From Podarcis liolepis (lineage: Eukaryota): a stretch of 64,000 nt of DNA. The stretch is from the NCBI GenBank assembly GCA_965112155.1, contig OZ218100.1; one strand, given 5' to 3'. The notes beneath the pieces were generated by a model that was given only the letters and a program-made list of their open reading frames with translations, was not told the origin of the DNA and did not search any database. Positions 37,120-50,854 of this stretch are shown here, in pieces. Position numbers and translations under genes: made by a program. Each line of letters opens with the position of its first letter. The stretch's first letter is position 1.

Positions 37120-37470
37120 CACTTGGCTGTGCCTTCTCTTTTCTCCCCCCCCCCCTCTAATGATAGCACAGGAGAAGCTGAACAAAACAAAGTCACCGCC
37201 CCTTTCTATGGCACAAGATTAGACTGAATCACTCTTCAAGTACATTGCTGTTTCAATAGATCAGGGCACCCAGAACCTGGCACAAGAAAGTTTGCCAACA
37301 AGTCGTGCTCCTGTTCTTTCAGCTCCCGGGTAGATTTTCTCACCACACCTGCTGTCTCTGCCACCCCATTATGCCACCCACCTAGCTATAGCTTCATAGC
37401 AGATTTTACTAACTTTAAAAAAAGCATGTTGATCGTGGGACCCCTTGGTTAGTGATTTGCACAGTTAGAA

Positions 37471-37607
37471 CAGGGTTCCCCAAACTTTGGTCTCCGGCTG
37501 TTTTTGGACTACAATTCTCATCATCCCTGACCACTGGTCCTGCTAGCTAGGGATGATGGGAGTTGTAGTCCAAAAAATAGCTGGGGACCCAAGTTTGGAG
37601 AAGCCTG
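37471..37607. mobile_element. Palindromic hAT-type MITE upstream of the XDH promoter
   Basis: CAGG...CCTG termini; perfect 8-bp TSD AGTTAGAA; near-full self-complementarity; older copies near 4748, 5233, 7124, 24720 and 25348. Confidence 0.85.
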
Positions 37608-38011
37608 AGTTAGAAGGTAGCTTAAGGCTGGATCCAGGAGTGCCTACCCCACAAGTATCTGTCAAGCGCACACCCATCTGATTATCTTCTCCAGCTATAG
37701 GTTTAGTAGGTTTTGCAGTGCAGTATTTCAAAATGTGACAAGCATCAACAGCTGGACAAAATAACATGATAGAAAGTGGTCCATCGTATGACCTTCAACT
37801 CTGTTAAAAACTATTATGAACATAAGAAGAACCTGCAGGATCAGGTCAGTAGCTCATCTAGCTACCAGTCTTTTCTCAGAGTGGCTAACCAGGTGCCTAT
37901 AAAAAGCCTGCAAGTACAGTCTGAGTGCAAGAGCACTCCCACAACCTGTGGCCTTCAGGAACTATGGAGGCAGAGCACAGTCACTATGGTTAGTAGCCAA
38001 TGATACCCTTT

Positions 38012-38497
38012 TAATAATAATAATAAATAAAATTTTATTTGTATCCCGCCCTCCCCAGCCAAAGCCGGGCTCAGAGTGGCTAACAACAGTAAAAGTAATA
38101 CAGCGTTCTAAAATCAATACATTCTAAAATCAATTCAAAATCAAATTAATGGCAACCATTGGGCTAGAGTTCTGTGAGGATTACCAAGCTGTGCCTTGGC
38201 CAAAGGCCTGGTGGAACAGCTCCATCTTGCAGGCCCTGCGGAAAGATGTCAAGTCCCAGAGGGCCCTAGTCTCTTGTGACAGAGCGTTCCACCAGATTGG
38301 GGCCGAAAAAGCCCTGGCTCTGGTTGAAGCCAGCCTAACCTCCCTCTGGCCTAGGACCTCCAAGATGTTTTTGTTTGTAGACCTCTGTGGGACATACCAG
38401 GAGAGGAGGCCCCTTAGGTACAAGGGTCCTAGGCCGTATAGGGCTTTAAAGGTTAAAACCAGCACCTTAAACCTGATCCTGTACTCCACCAGGAGCC
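38012..38497 (-). mobile_element. L2 LINE 3' fragment
   Basis: RIRFKVLVLTFKALYGLGPLYL...RAFS...WNAL...SFRRACK peptide; (TTA)n tail. Confidence 0.88.
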
Positions 38498-38689
38498 AGA
38501 TTTCTGCTCTCATCCTGAAGCAAAGTTCTTAAGCCTAGGTACTATTTCTGGGTTAGTGGAGTCTGTAACGTGACGTGTATATAACCTGAAGCGTATGTAA
38601 CCCAAGGTGCCACTGTATTATCTAAATACTACCATTTATTACAGTAATTTCTACCATTCACTAACAGACTCTGGTACCCTGGATCTGTG

Positions 38690-40460
38690 ACATTATGAAG
38701 GAAGGACACTAACTCAAAGCAAGCTCAGAATAAATCGTGGGTGACAGATATCAGCTTAATTCACAAGCTGGAATGGTCGGTTTTATAGACATACATTAAT
38801 TTTGGACCATAAAACTAATATTTGAGGTTAAAGGTTTAACTGATGTTTGGGAAATGCTCGATCCATCATTTAAGGTAATAAAGGCAACGTTTTCTTCATC
38901 AATTAATGGTCAATAAATCTGGATTGTGGAATGTGTAAACAAGATAAGCTGGGTACATGGATGTCAAGATAGAAATACTCATGGAGATGGGCAGCCTTGC
39001 AACTTAAGAGTTTGGGAATGATAATAAGTTGGAAACATTTCAGGACTGGAAAGGTCAGTGAGACAAGTAAGAGATAAATTAGGGTTCGAACCTGACAGAT
39101 TCAAGTACATACAAATCAATTAGTTCCTGAATAGCTTAGATAGAAGCCAAGATATTTGGAGAAAACAGACCATGTTTGAAGCATTATTACTAGAGGCTGA
39201 CAAGTCCAGGTATTTATCAAAACTGTATACAATAATTAGCAAGATACGCAAGATAACAACCTAAAGATAGATGGCAAAATGGAATGAGGAATGGCAAAAT
39301 GGAAAGAGGATCTGAACAGCAAGATTCCAAGCATAGTATGAGCATTTGTTTCAAATGTGTTCAAACTACTCAACTGCAGTATCTTATAAAGAGAATTATA
39401 CTAAGATGGCAGCCCAATGGCACTGGACTCCATGAAAAAGGTGGTCAACAAGTTAGCAGATGGAAATGGCTAGACATGTCAAGAATTAAAGTAAGACTCT
39501 TAACATGTGTGGTAGGCTTGTAATAAAGTGCAATGCTTTTGGAAAATGTACAGGAGATGGTCTGGGAGATTTTAAAGATCCTGATGGTGGCAGAACCATA
39601 ACTATTCCTGTTAAATTATAAACAAGGCTGATGAGTTATAAAGGAATACCAGATGCAAATTTTCTATGTGACCATTGCCAAGATATTCTTTGCCATGAGC
39701 TGGAAACAGTAGGAACCCAAGCAAATGGGAAAGTGTCAGGAAAATCTAGGAACAATTTGTTGTTTAGTCGTTTAGTCGTGTCCGACTCTTCGTGACCCCA
39801 TGGACCAGAGCATGCCAGGCACTCCTGTCTTCCACTGCCTCCCGCAGTTTGGTCAGACTCATGTTCGTAGCTTCGAGAACACTGTCCAACCATCTCGTCC
39901 TCTGTCGTCCCCTTCTCCTTGTGCCCTCCATCTTTCCCAACATCAGGGTCTTCTCCAGGGAGTCTTCTCTTCTCATGAGGTGGCCAAAGTATTGGAGCCT
40001 CAGCTTCACAATCTGTCCTTCCAGTGAGCACTCAGGGCTGATTTCCTTAAGAATGGATATGTTTGATCTTCTTGCAGTCCATGGGACTCTCAAGAGTCTC
40101 CTCCAGCACCATAATTCAAAAGCATCAATTCTTCGGCGATCAGCCTTCTTGATAGTCCAGCTCACACTTCCATACATCACTACTAAGAACAATTAGAGAT
40201 TATAAATTTGATAGCAAACAGGAAAAGACCAATTGGATACCAACAGTACCATATTAAAAGAAAGTTGGATACCACCAATATAGGACTAAGTCATATGCTA
40301 CCAATATAACCAAAGTTTATTTTCCCCTACTGAAGAATGGGTAAGACAGAGGAGTACTAATTGACAATCTGTGTTGGTTTTGGTTGACTGGCGTTTTAAT
40401 GGCTGTAGAATTGTAAGTTAGGATGACATGTTATGTATATATCAAGCTATAATTAATTTT
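38690..40460 (+). mobile_element. Highly degenerate L1 ORF2 3' remnant, interrupted by BovB
   Basis: A-rich strand with HVW..C..V..FW-like remnant near 39500; boundaries approximate. Confidence 0.55.
39758..40184 (-). mobile_element. RTE-BovB LINE 3' fragment inserted into a degenerate L1
   Basis: ORF 39764-40192 (RRIDAFELWCWRRLLRVPWTARRSN...GVTKSRTRL); near-perfect TSD a(g/a)gaacaatt. Confidence 0.92.
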
Positions 40461-43400
40461 TTGAAGAATAGCCTACAGTTGATGCATTAGTTAGGATTCA
40501 CTTGCTGACTTGCTGAAGGAAACATAGAACTTTCCTTAACTAGAAGATATATACATGTCTCCATGTATGTGTCTTTTAGGAATGTTTAGGGGAAATAATT
40601 CAGTGAGCATGGGCAAACCCTTACACATTGTAAAACTGTAGGGATTGCTTAGAAGCAGTAAGACAAATTAGGCTCACAAATTAGGCAGTGAGTAATTATC
40701 TTCTTATGATAAGATTCTTAGGAACTGTATAAATGTGCTCTGAAGTTTGGGTGTTATCAGTTTCCTACCATCAGACGCTTACTTGCCTCCATCTGTGCTG
40801 GCAGGGTAAACTCAAGAATTCTTTCCTGTGCTACAAAATACTTTCTGTTGTACCTGAATTGAACCCACACCACATCCAGCTGTCTCCCCTTTACTGTGAT
40901 GATCTTCCTGACAGGCTGGTGTGCAGCCTCCCATGTGCTCTCAATGTCCTGACAGGTAGCAGAAATCAAAATTTGCTCCCTTAATTTCTGCAGTCCTAGA
41001 GCAACTAGCATTTGGAACAGATGAGAGGGGCTGTTTGTTGGTTTTTTCAGTGAGCAGGGGAAAAAGAGCTCTCTGAAGTTTTTTTTCTGGTTTATGGATC
41101 TTCTCTGGCTTATCCTCTTTATTACTTTCAGTTGTCACATTTGTAGCCTACCTTTCCTCCAAAGCGGTGGCGAACATGGTTCTCTCCCTCTCTGTTTTAT
41201 TTTTAAAACAACCCTGTGAGGAAGGCTAAGCTAAGAGACAGTGAGGGGCCAAGGCCACCTAGAGAGCTTCGTAGCTGAGTGGAGACTGAACTCTGGTCTC
41301 CCAGGTCTGAGTCCAACACTCTAACCATTATACCACACTGGCTTCCTTGTCATGGGTGTTCTTCCTAGGAGGTAGGAAATGTTGTGTCTCAGTGGCCCTA
41401 GGTCACTTGGTGAGTGGCAAGGGTGCTTCTCTTCTGCTCTACAAACCCAGGTAATGTTAGTCCAGAATTCTATTCTGCTGAGCTTCTGCTTTGTACATCT
41501 GTAATATTGTGCCAAACACCATCTCTGGCATAACTGAGCTTCTTGATGAGTTGACGGACGCCATTCACGGACAGAGGCAGGGGGGAGGAATCCTGTTCTT
41601 GTACAGTACTTCTGTATTTCAAGTCAAACTGCAATTGTGCAAGCATCTCAACTGAAGCTACTGTGACTATTAATATATGTCCTATCGCATCCTGTGCATG
41701 TTGATTCACAGACAACTCCCAGAGTTCAGCAGGGCTGACTCCCAAGTCTGCACATTGGCCACAACTGGAATGAGAGCCACATTTCAAACTTTCTTTGCTG
41801 GGTGGAAACAAAATTATGCAAAACTGTGTCCTTGCCCCTGGTTTTATTTCTTGCAATATTTTGTGGGGGTTGGGTGTAAAGTGAAACAAAGTTGGTGCAA
41901 GCACTGGTTAGGAATGCAGTCGCTATCCCCTCTGGTTTGTCTGCATGGTTTCTTCTGTGCTCCTCTCTCTCGGGGCTTCGTTTACATTAGGTCTATGCAG
42001 AAGATGGCACATTCCAGCAGGTTCTCAGGCAGGTGCCACTGCTGACTGTGAGTCGCCTCAGTCAGTGCTTGCTTTTTGAAACCATGGCATCTGTCCAAGT
42101 GCTGAAACTTGCATACCCAGTCAAAAATGGGTCCTCTTTTTCTGATGGTGACTGTGGTGCTGTCTGCCCAGCAATGTCTGAGAATTAAAAGCAATTCACA
42201 CAGCTTCTCAGGAAGTTTTTTTTTCAAATATAATGATCATCTAAGAAATGCCAGCGTTCCAATAAACACACCCTTAAGAATGTGAAAGAAGGTGGCAGGT
42301 TCAATCCCCAACTTCCTCCAGGAAGGGCTGGGAGGGCCACTGCAAGTCTGTGTAGACAATACTGAGCGAGGCAGACAGTGATGCAATTCCCAGGTTCCTG
42401 TCTTACTAAATCAAGGGTCCCTCGGGTCCAGGGTCTTAGGAGTCACCAGTCAAATGCCTTCAAGAAACATACGAGCATAGAGAACAGCCTTCCACCTTTG
42501 CATACCCTCAAGACCAGGAATTGTTCAGGACGGGTACTCACAGTACAATCTAATGCAGGCTTACTCAGAAGTAACTAGGGGTGTCAGCAGTCCAACAAAG
42601 ATAGAAACAGAAGCAGAAATTGCTAACATCCACACATTTGTCTCATGCCCATAATAGGTATCAATCTGGTGGACTTGATCAGTAGTGACTGCAGGGCTTT
42701 CTCCACAAATGATATGCAAGTGATGTTTAAGTATTTACTGAACTATATTCATTTTTCCTCTGTTCTTCCCACATCACCCTCTGTGTTCTCTGCATCGATT
42801 ACGGTATTTCTTAACAGTTTTGCAATGCCCATTGTTAATACTTAATGCCTATCTTAGTCACAAGCACCAGCTGCTGCGTTGAGCAAGCAGTATCAGTGCG
42901 CACCTGTATAATGCAGATATAATTACAAGGCTGCATGATATGGTGGCATTACTATACTGTCTCAGCTTCACACAAAATTTATTGTGGTTGTCATTACATC
43001 ATTGCTCTGAACCAGGACAATGCAGTCATCAACACACTAAAGAAGAAACTGAAGCAATAGGGAGAAAGCAGGATGGCGGCATGACCTTGCTTACTCGCAG
43101 TTGCAAGGATGACATTTGGAGCATGGTTGAAGGTGCAGCTGCACACCCATTCAGTACTGAAGCAGGCCTCGGTTTTTATTTATTCATGGCATTCACATCC
43201 CCCCCGCTATTACCAAACAGTATCTGGTCCTACTTAAAACCCACACAGCACATGAGCTGAGCACATGCTGCAGCATGGCTAATAACCATCAATGCATGCA
43301 GTCATGTGGCTGCATTCTGGGTAGCCCAGAATCACAAGGGGAGATGGGGAAAACAGGATGCAGAACCCACATTACTCAAATTCCAGATTAAGAGGCCTAA

Positions 43401-44218
43401 TCACTAATGGATGCCAACTCCCCATAACCAAGCTTTTTCAAATTTTGCAATCCTTTTAGGTGTTCTTTTCAGGCCACCCACAGGCCATTTCTGTAATCCC
43501 TTTTCACCAAGTAGGAATATGTCTCCCAGCAAAGATGTCGCCAACTCCTGGTTCTAAATGAGGTTCCTCTGCCATGAAATAGCAACACAGCATAAGGACA
43601 GGGAGACAAGTCATTAGGGGTGGGATCTTTGGGGAGTGCAGCAGCATCATAGGAGGCAAAGGGAAGGTGGGTAGTTCAGTACTAAGGGACAAACTTTGCA
43701 GGCAGGAGTTCAAGAGCTGGCGACTCCTGTTTCAATACAACAACAGGAGCAGGAAGAGGTGAGTTAGATCAGTCCAAAGTTCTGCAGGGACTCAGATATG
43801 CTCTGTGTGGCTTAGGAAAGGAGAGTTCGCTGTGCACACTCTTTGAATGCACAGGGCAGTCTCCCACTGAACTGTCTGGAGAAAACTTCACTGCATAAGC
43901 ATAATAAAGGCTCCTTACCAACTATCCGCCACCAGCCCAATTACTACATCAGCTCTTACTAAGGCCCCATCTGCCCTGTACATTTAAAGCAGTATCATAC
44001 CGCTTTAAGCAGCCATGTCTTCCCCCTGGGAAGCCCAGCTTGTTAAGGGCGCTGACAGTTGTTGTGGGGCACCTACTTCACTCACAGAGTTACAGTTTTC
44101 AGAGTTCCCTGGGAAGAGGCATTGACTGTTAAATCTCTCCAAGAATTATAGCTCTGTAGGGGACTAGGGGTCTCCTAGCAACTCTCAGGAGAAAGGCTAT
44201 GATACTGCTTTAAATGTA

Positions 44219-44444
44219 CAGTGGTACCTCGGGTTACATACGCTTCAGGTTACAGACTCTGCTAACCCAGAAATAGTACCTCAGGTTAAGAACTTTGCTT
44301 TAGGATGAGAACAGAAATCGTGCGGCAGTGGCGCAACAGCAGCGGGAGCCTCCATTAGCTAAAGTGGTGCTTCAGGTTAAGAACAGTTTCAGGTTAAGAA
44401 CGGACCTCTGGAATGAATTAAGTACTTAACCCGAGGTACCACTG
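44219..44444. mobile_element. Tc1/mariner-type MITE nested in the TIR of another MITE (43962-44463)
   Basis: CAGTGGTACCTCGGGTTA TIRs and TA TSD; the outer AGGCCCCATCTGC..GTACATTTAAAGCAGTATCAT TIR is split by the insertion. Confidence 0.85.
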
Positions 44445-45825
44445 TACCGTGCAGATGGGGCCTGCATTTAACACAGTGTTATCCGTGATTTGAAATAAAA
44501 AGTAGAGACCAAAAACAGTTAAACTAAACTGATTTGCCTGTCTACCTAATAACTGGCTGGCTGAGAGCCATGGGCCAAAAGTCCTTCACCCCATCCCAAG
44601 AGCTTGCACCTAATACCACTAATGGCCGCATTTTGAGTGATAGGGCTCATCCACACTTCTGTTTGTGCTGCAATTTCTAGGCACAGGACTTGTGATTTGT
44701 AGGCATGGGACCAAGAAGTTTCCCTCCCCCCATCCTGCCCCTTTCCCCAGGAAAACCGATTGTATATCATTAAATTGGAACAAATGTAAATCAGTCAGAA
44801 GCTAAATCGTTATAACAAAAGAAAAAAATCCGCTATGGAAAACCGCAAAAAAAAAAATTTGCACTTCAGCACCATCTAGTGTTACAAGTTTATAATGCAT
44901 TCAAAACACTGTTTTATGACTAACGCAGCTGAGTCCCTCATTGATGTAAACAGTGGGTTTTCCCAGGAAAAGGGATGGAACAGGGGGAAAACCCTTCTTG
45001 GACTTGAGCCCTTAAAAATGAAGATGGATACACATATGCAGAAACACAAGACATCCCTGTGCCTTGCTTGAGAATGGAATGTACACACCACAGGAAAATG
45101 ACAGGCAGCGAGTGGATGGGGGAGGAAAGGGAGGGGCTGAATTTGAGATAAAGATGATGCACGTAGTCCTGTTCTCCTGGCATACGTGCAGCTGCTCCCA
45201 TTAAGGCATTTAGTGGAAGCCAGTAGGTGTAGACAGGTACAGTATCATCCAGGTCAAGTCAATTGATTCTTTCCCTTCCTTTCTGGGCCAGTGGGGTGGG
45301 TGTTCTCACCTGCTCTCTCCATCTCTCAAGCAATTCCAGCTCTCTCAAAGAAGCTCATTCTAGATGAACTTGCTCTGCTTCCTATTAGAATAAGGGTGGA
45401 GCCAAGGGAGCTGAATGAAACAGCAAAAGCTATTTGCTAGCACTACATTTTGACTCTTCAGATATTGTATGCGCATTCAGCACCTAGCAAGACAGGTAGG
45501 CAAGCTCCACATCGCTAGATGCAAAATCTTATTGCTGCACTTCCTTCAAGCCTGACCCCTCTTTCCTCCTTTGTAGCTTTAGGTGGCCACCAATTTCCTA
45601 TTATTAAATAAATATATCCTTTATTAGGCATAGCAAACCACACATTATCAAACAGACACCGTATACAAATTGCGCAAAATACGAGCTCAACATAACAAGG
45701 TTTGTCCCAGACAGATCTTTAACTCCAGAGAAAATCAATTTGCATAAATAATACAATACAACATTACCACATCACCAATCAATTAAGAACCACTAAATCT
45801 CTTTATAATGGCCCAAGGTCTAGGT

Positions 45826-46043
45826 CAGTGGTGTCCAATTTTTTTCAAAGAGGGCCAGATTTGATGAAGTGAAGGGCTGTGAGGGCCGACCAAAGGGCCA
45901 ACCAAAGTTGTTGACCTGTTGTTAGGATTGAAGTTGTTTACCTTTTTTGTGATTTTACCCCAGGAAATAAACTGCCACAGGGGCCAGATTAAACCAACCG
46001 GCAGGCCGAATTAGGCCCCCGAAACAGACTTTGGACACGCCTG
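45826..46043. mobile_element. hAT-type MITE
   Basis: CAGTGGTGTCCAA / TTGGACACGCCTG termini; perfect 8-bp TSD GTCTAGGT. Confidence 0.85.
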
Positions 46044-49000
46044 GTCTAGGTTTTCAGTCATCGTGTGGTGAGAATCACATGGTTCTGAAAGTTGATGCAA
46101 GTTCACTTTTGAAGTCATTGCACTATTTTGAGGAACCTGGAAATAGTACTTTCCTCACTTAGACACAACACAGAACTACTTCTAGGAGACAGCTTGATCC
46201 CTGAAAGATGGGATTGTCGCTTTGCCGCTGGTGGGACTGTTGAGGATTAAGCCATCAGCCTTGCTCAATCTGCATTTCCTGGGTGTGCTGAAGGGGAAGT
46301 GAAAGAGCCTTCTGCCATCCCCAGGTATTCTTGGAACATCGAGGAGAGGAAGTGAAAGGGAAAACATCTCTGTAGCCCATCCCACAAAAAAACATTGTTT
46401 TGAGTTGGGGGTTCAGTCTGCATGATCCCTCGAGTTCCTTCCAGTTTGTGGGGTCCTGTACCCAATAAGGGGGAGACGCAAGCTTCTTTGATAAAAAAGA
46501 CACATCTGCAGGCACCAGCATAACAACAGTCTTTAACTGGGTGGCCTGAAAGGCAGGCACTGAATGCCTTGGCTCGGCTTCACTGTCAAAACTGCTCACA
46601 AAAGGTCTTTGCCTAAAGTACCTGGGATTTCCCCCAAGATTAATTAAGAGCCCTTACGTGAAAACTGCTCTGAGAAGGATAAAATCATTTCCTAAAAAGA
46701 GGAAACATTTTGGTTGGCCACATCAAAATCTTTGCGAGGTAGAACCACAAATAATCTTCCAAATGATCTGTACTGGCTTTCCCAAAGGCCATCAGTGCAC
46801 CCACACCAGCCATTAAAAATGGTTTAGAAAAATCTCATCTCAGTTTATTCCATAGAATCTGTGTAAACTATGGTGATCAAAGGAGAAGGGGGGATAAGAA
46901 TGAAGATGAAACCTAAAATATCCAAATGCTGGAACACAAAGAAACCGATTTGAATGCCAGAAAAATATCCATAGTAAACATACACTTGATCATAAATTTA
47001 GATTACATATTGACAGTGTTTCTTCATTTAATAAATACATAGGCAAAGGATAGGTTTTATTGATTGCTTAATCCTACCCCAAGAAATAAATCCTACCATT
47101 AAAAACTATTAGGAGTAGGATTAAACAAAAAGGAACTTAAGACAGCAAATCACTAAGCACAATAAATGCCTGTTTAAACAGATCATTTTCCAAAGCCACC
47201 TAAACAAAGGCAGAAAGAGAAACCAATGGATATACTCAGGGAGGGCATTTCTAAGTTTCGGCATTGCCATTAAAAAGGCCCTATTACTTGTTCTTCCTCC
47301 AGCAATAATGAGAGAGAGAGCAGACTCTTTGCAGTCAGTCTTAGGGCTTGGGCAGGTTCATAAGCTGAGCCTTAAAGGAACCTGGTCCTACCAAGGCTGT
47401 TGAGGGCTTCCAGGGTTGGCACCAGCATATTAAATGGAACCCAGGGGGGAAAAGGAATCACTGTAATTGATGTTGGGATTATTCTGGCACCCACCTTTTA
47501 GACCAGTTGCAGTTTCCAAGACATCTTAATAGATATGGACATAATTGGAGCAGGAGTGTCACAGCCCTGCAACATCAGCTCTGCAAGATATCAGTTTGAA
47601 GGACGAATGGTGAGTACGCAATTCCCGGTAAGGTAAACAATGCAATGCACAGAGGTCTCTGGGGCAAATACACCACATGACAAGTTGTTAAGAGAAACCA
47701 AGAACAAGGCAACAGTTAAATAAGGCTAACCAGACCCCAGTAAGCTCTCCCTATCACCTGGGCCAAATAGCTACAATACCCCTCTCTGGCCAACACAGCA
47801 GAACAGAGCAATCACTTTCTCTGCCCAAAACCATTTTACTGGTACAGAGAAATCTGCTGCCAGATTTCCCAGTTCAGGTCTTCTGGAGCCTTACAATGAG
47901 TATCTAAAGCTACTTTCTATTATTTAAAGTAAAGCCTACAGTTAGTGAACTAGTTAAAACTGGTAAACTGTTTCTCTCAAGTCTTCTAATTGGGAGGGCT
48001 CAGCAATGTCTAGTTGCCGCTTTTCCATTTTATGGTGCAACCAAAATTTACAATAGAGCACCTATGCTAGTGCAGGGCTTTTCCATGTACATGTCTTTAT
48101 GTCCAGTCTACAACATAGTGGGCATGGGCCCCAACCCCTCACAGTTACTTACGTATTCTCAGCATGAAACAGTAATGGGATCTGCATAGAGGACCTTTTC
48201 TTCTAGCTGTTAAATATTTTGTGTGCTTTAATACATTTTTTTTGAAAAAATCAGATTCTGCCCATCTAAAACCGTTGCAACTCATTTCCTTCCTTCCCTC
48301 TTTGCAGCCCATCCTTTTCAAGAGCATGTGTTTGCCCACAAAGAATCCTGGGAAGTTGAGTTTGTAAAGGGTGGAGAGGATTGTAGCTCTGTGCCTGGTA
48401 AACTACAGCTCCCAGAATGCTTTAGGGGAAGCCAGGTGCTTTGAATGTACGGTGTGGTAGACTGTAATTAAACCAACAGGCAAGCAGGAGGAGCCCTGAA
48501 ATCAGATTAGCTGTGGTAGAAAGAAGAAGTAATTGGTTAAGCATGGGGGGGGGGTTGACAGGAGGAGCCTTAAAATTAAAAAAAGGAAGGGAAAATAGCA
48601 ATAAAGAACACACTCTGCAGGTGTGGATATGTTAATAGTCCATTGTTTTTCTTAATCAGGAGTATCTGCAGTAGGGGAAAACAAGTTGCCTACTCTGTGT
48701 CCACACCAGTGGATGGTCAAGGGGCATGGATGTCTATATACTGCTTGGATTTTCAAATCGGATCAAAGCTGGTTTGGGGGAAAGCACATCAAAATGCAGC
48801 ATTTCTCAAGAACCTACAGGATAGATGTGCATTGTGGTTGAACATTGTGCGTACAACACTTCACAAATTAGTGGTAGAAGTGTACTGGAGCCAGAGTAAA
48901 CAGGACTGTGTACACAACCAAAATTCACACAGCTTCTGCTGCCAATGGGAAAAGACTTCTCCTCTAACTTTCCAAAGCCATAGTGATACTGATGGACATA

Positions 49001-49094
49001 TTCAGATTTCTTCTTGGCTGTGGCTAAAAAGCAGTAGTCTTCTGTATGTCTCCAAAATCTTCTGTATGTCTCCAAAATCTTCCTGTGCCCTTTG

Positions 49095-49359
49095 TGTTAT
49101 GTACTGAAGTTCTCACCCTGGGCCAGCAGGGGGAATACTGTAGATAGTTTTCACTCAGTTCCACATAGGCAAATAAGGAATTGAAAGTGATGTTCAGTGA
49201 TCGGATAGTTACAGAAAGTTGTTACTGTTGTGTTGTATTAGAGCTCTATATAAGCAGGCTGGCTGAACCCTTCAGTTCAGTTCTGTTCTGGCCTGTGAAT
49301 AAGCAAGAGCTGTTTGAAGAATCGCTGTGTCGTCTGATATGTTCACTCACAACTTAACA
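49095..49359 (+). mobile_element. Solo LTR (Gypsy-like)
   Basis: TGTTA...TAACA termini; perfect 5-bp TSD CTTTG; internal TATATAA. Confidence 0.85.
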
Positions 49360-50450
49360 CTTTGGTGTACTCATCTATTGTTCATACCCTTCCTACTCAT
49401 TTTTAGAATGGACAATTTCTGGCAAGTTTTTGAGACTGAGTGGTATGTGCCAAAGCATGGAAGCATCTGATACCATATCCAATGTCCTGTTAGCCACAGA
49501 GCCTTACTGTGAATCAAGCCCTTTTGTGTAAATAAAATTTATTATCGTTATGAAAATTCTCTGTGGTTACAAATTTTGCACAGCTCTTTGCAGAAGAACT
49601 AAGACATAAACTCTTCTGTTTTTCAGATATGATACTTATTTATTTATTTATTTATTATTCCTGTTGAATAAATTGGCAGTGATCAAAACAAGACTGAATC
49701 AGATTAATAACCACATGTCTCTGACCTCAATTCTTAATATTGCATGATAGCTGATAGTCCGACCAAGTTCCATCAAGCTTTATGCTCAAGCAACTCGACC
49801 CATTTCATTTTAGTATCAGACACAAAGTTCAACCGCTTTCCTTGAATTTTAACAATTAACTTTGGTACTGGCCTTTTAATATCAAATCCGTATTAATGGA
49901 CTTGGGACATTTACCTTTAAACGTCTTCCTGCCTCCACCCTCCTGCCCTTTGCATCTGATGAGAAGATCTTGGCAGCATTGTGAGATTTTATTGACTTTC
50001 TAAAAGGTTTGTCCATCGCAGTTCTCCCAAGACAAAGATACCTTTATACAGTACATACGCACGTACATAATTTTGTTTGTATGCCACCTTTTCACAATTC
50101 ATACCATGCTCGAGGCAACTTACAACAAGGGGGGGGGAACAGTGTCAAGTAGCATGGGCGTTGATCCAGTTCCTCAGGATTTTATCATCTCATTCAGCAA
50201 CATGTGTAGACCAGAATTTAGTAGGGGCATTTTTTTTCAGCATGTTTTTCCATCTGCATCATGGCATAGCCATGAAGATGAACATAATAAAAGATATGGA
50301 TTGTGAATGTGGTCTAAAAATTGCGGCAGAATCCACTGGTGCTATGCTTAGCCCTGCTTGGCGGTTCTGCACATAGTAAGAGAGGGTGCCACAATCCCCC
50401 TTCCAAAACTGCCTGGGACTCATCAAGTGTCTAAACACAGCAACCACAAG

Positions 50451-50751
50451 CAGGGCCAGATTTAGGTTTGATGAGGCCCTAAGCTACTGAAGGTAATGGG
50501 GCCCTTTATAGGTCCAGCTGTCCTTTGTCAACAACAAATTGTCACTGCTTTTGTTTTGAATATATGCTATATGGCAGTTTATGGACCTAAGAGGTATCTA
50601 AAGCCATTTGCACAGGTTTTAGTTTATTTGTTTTTTATCTTATATTGTGGAAATGTACACCCAAATTTTTTTCTTTAAAATTTTTTGGGCCCCCCAAGAA
50701 AGTAGGGCCCTAAGCTATAGCTTGTTTAGCTTATACGTAAATCTGGCACTG
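50451..50751. mobile_element. hAT-type MITE
   Basis: CAGGGCCAGATTTA / TAAATCTGGCACTG TIRs; 7/8 TSD ACCACAAG / ACTACAAG. Confidence 0.8.
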
Positions 50752-50854
50752 ACTACAAGCCCTAGTCAAGCACAGCTCAGCCGGGGGGGGGTGTCTTTTC
50801 ACAAACCCTTTTGAAATGGATAGGAGTTGTGTGTGATCCTATTTGCACTCTTTT

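Noticed and set aside
49039-49082. 20-bp tandem duplication (and a similar 21-bp repeat at about 6791-6838)
   Set aside because: Simple local duplications with no sign of function
49951-49985. Possible third hammerhead (GCATCTGATGAG)
   Set aside because: No stem II or GAAA follows the core
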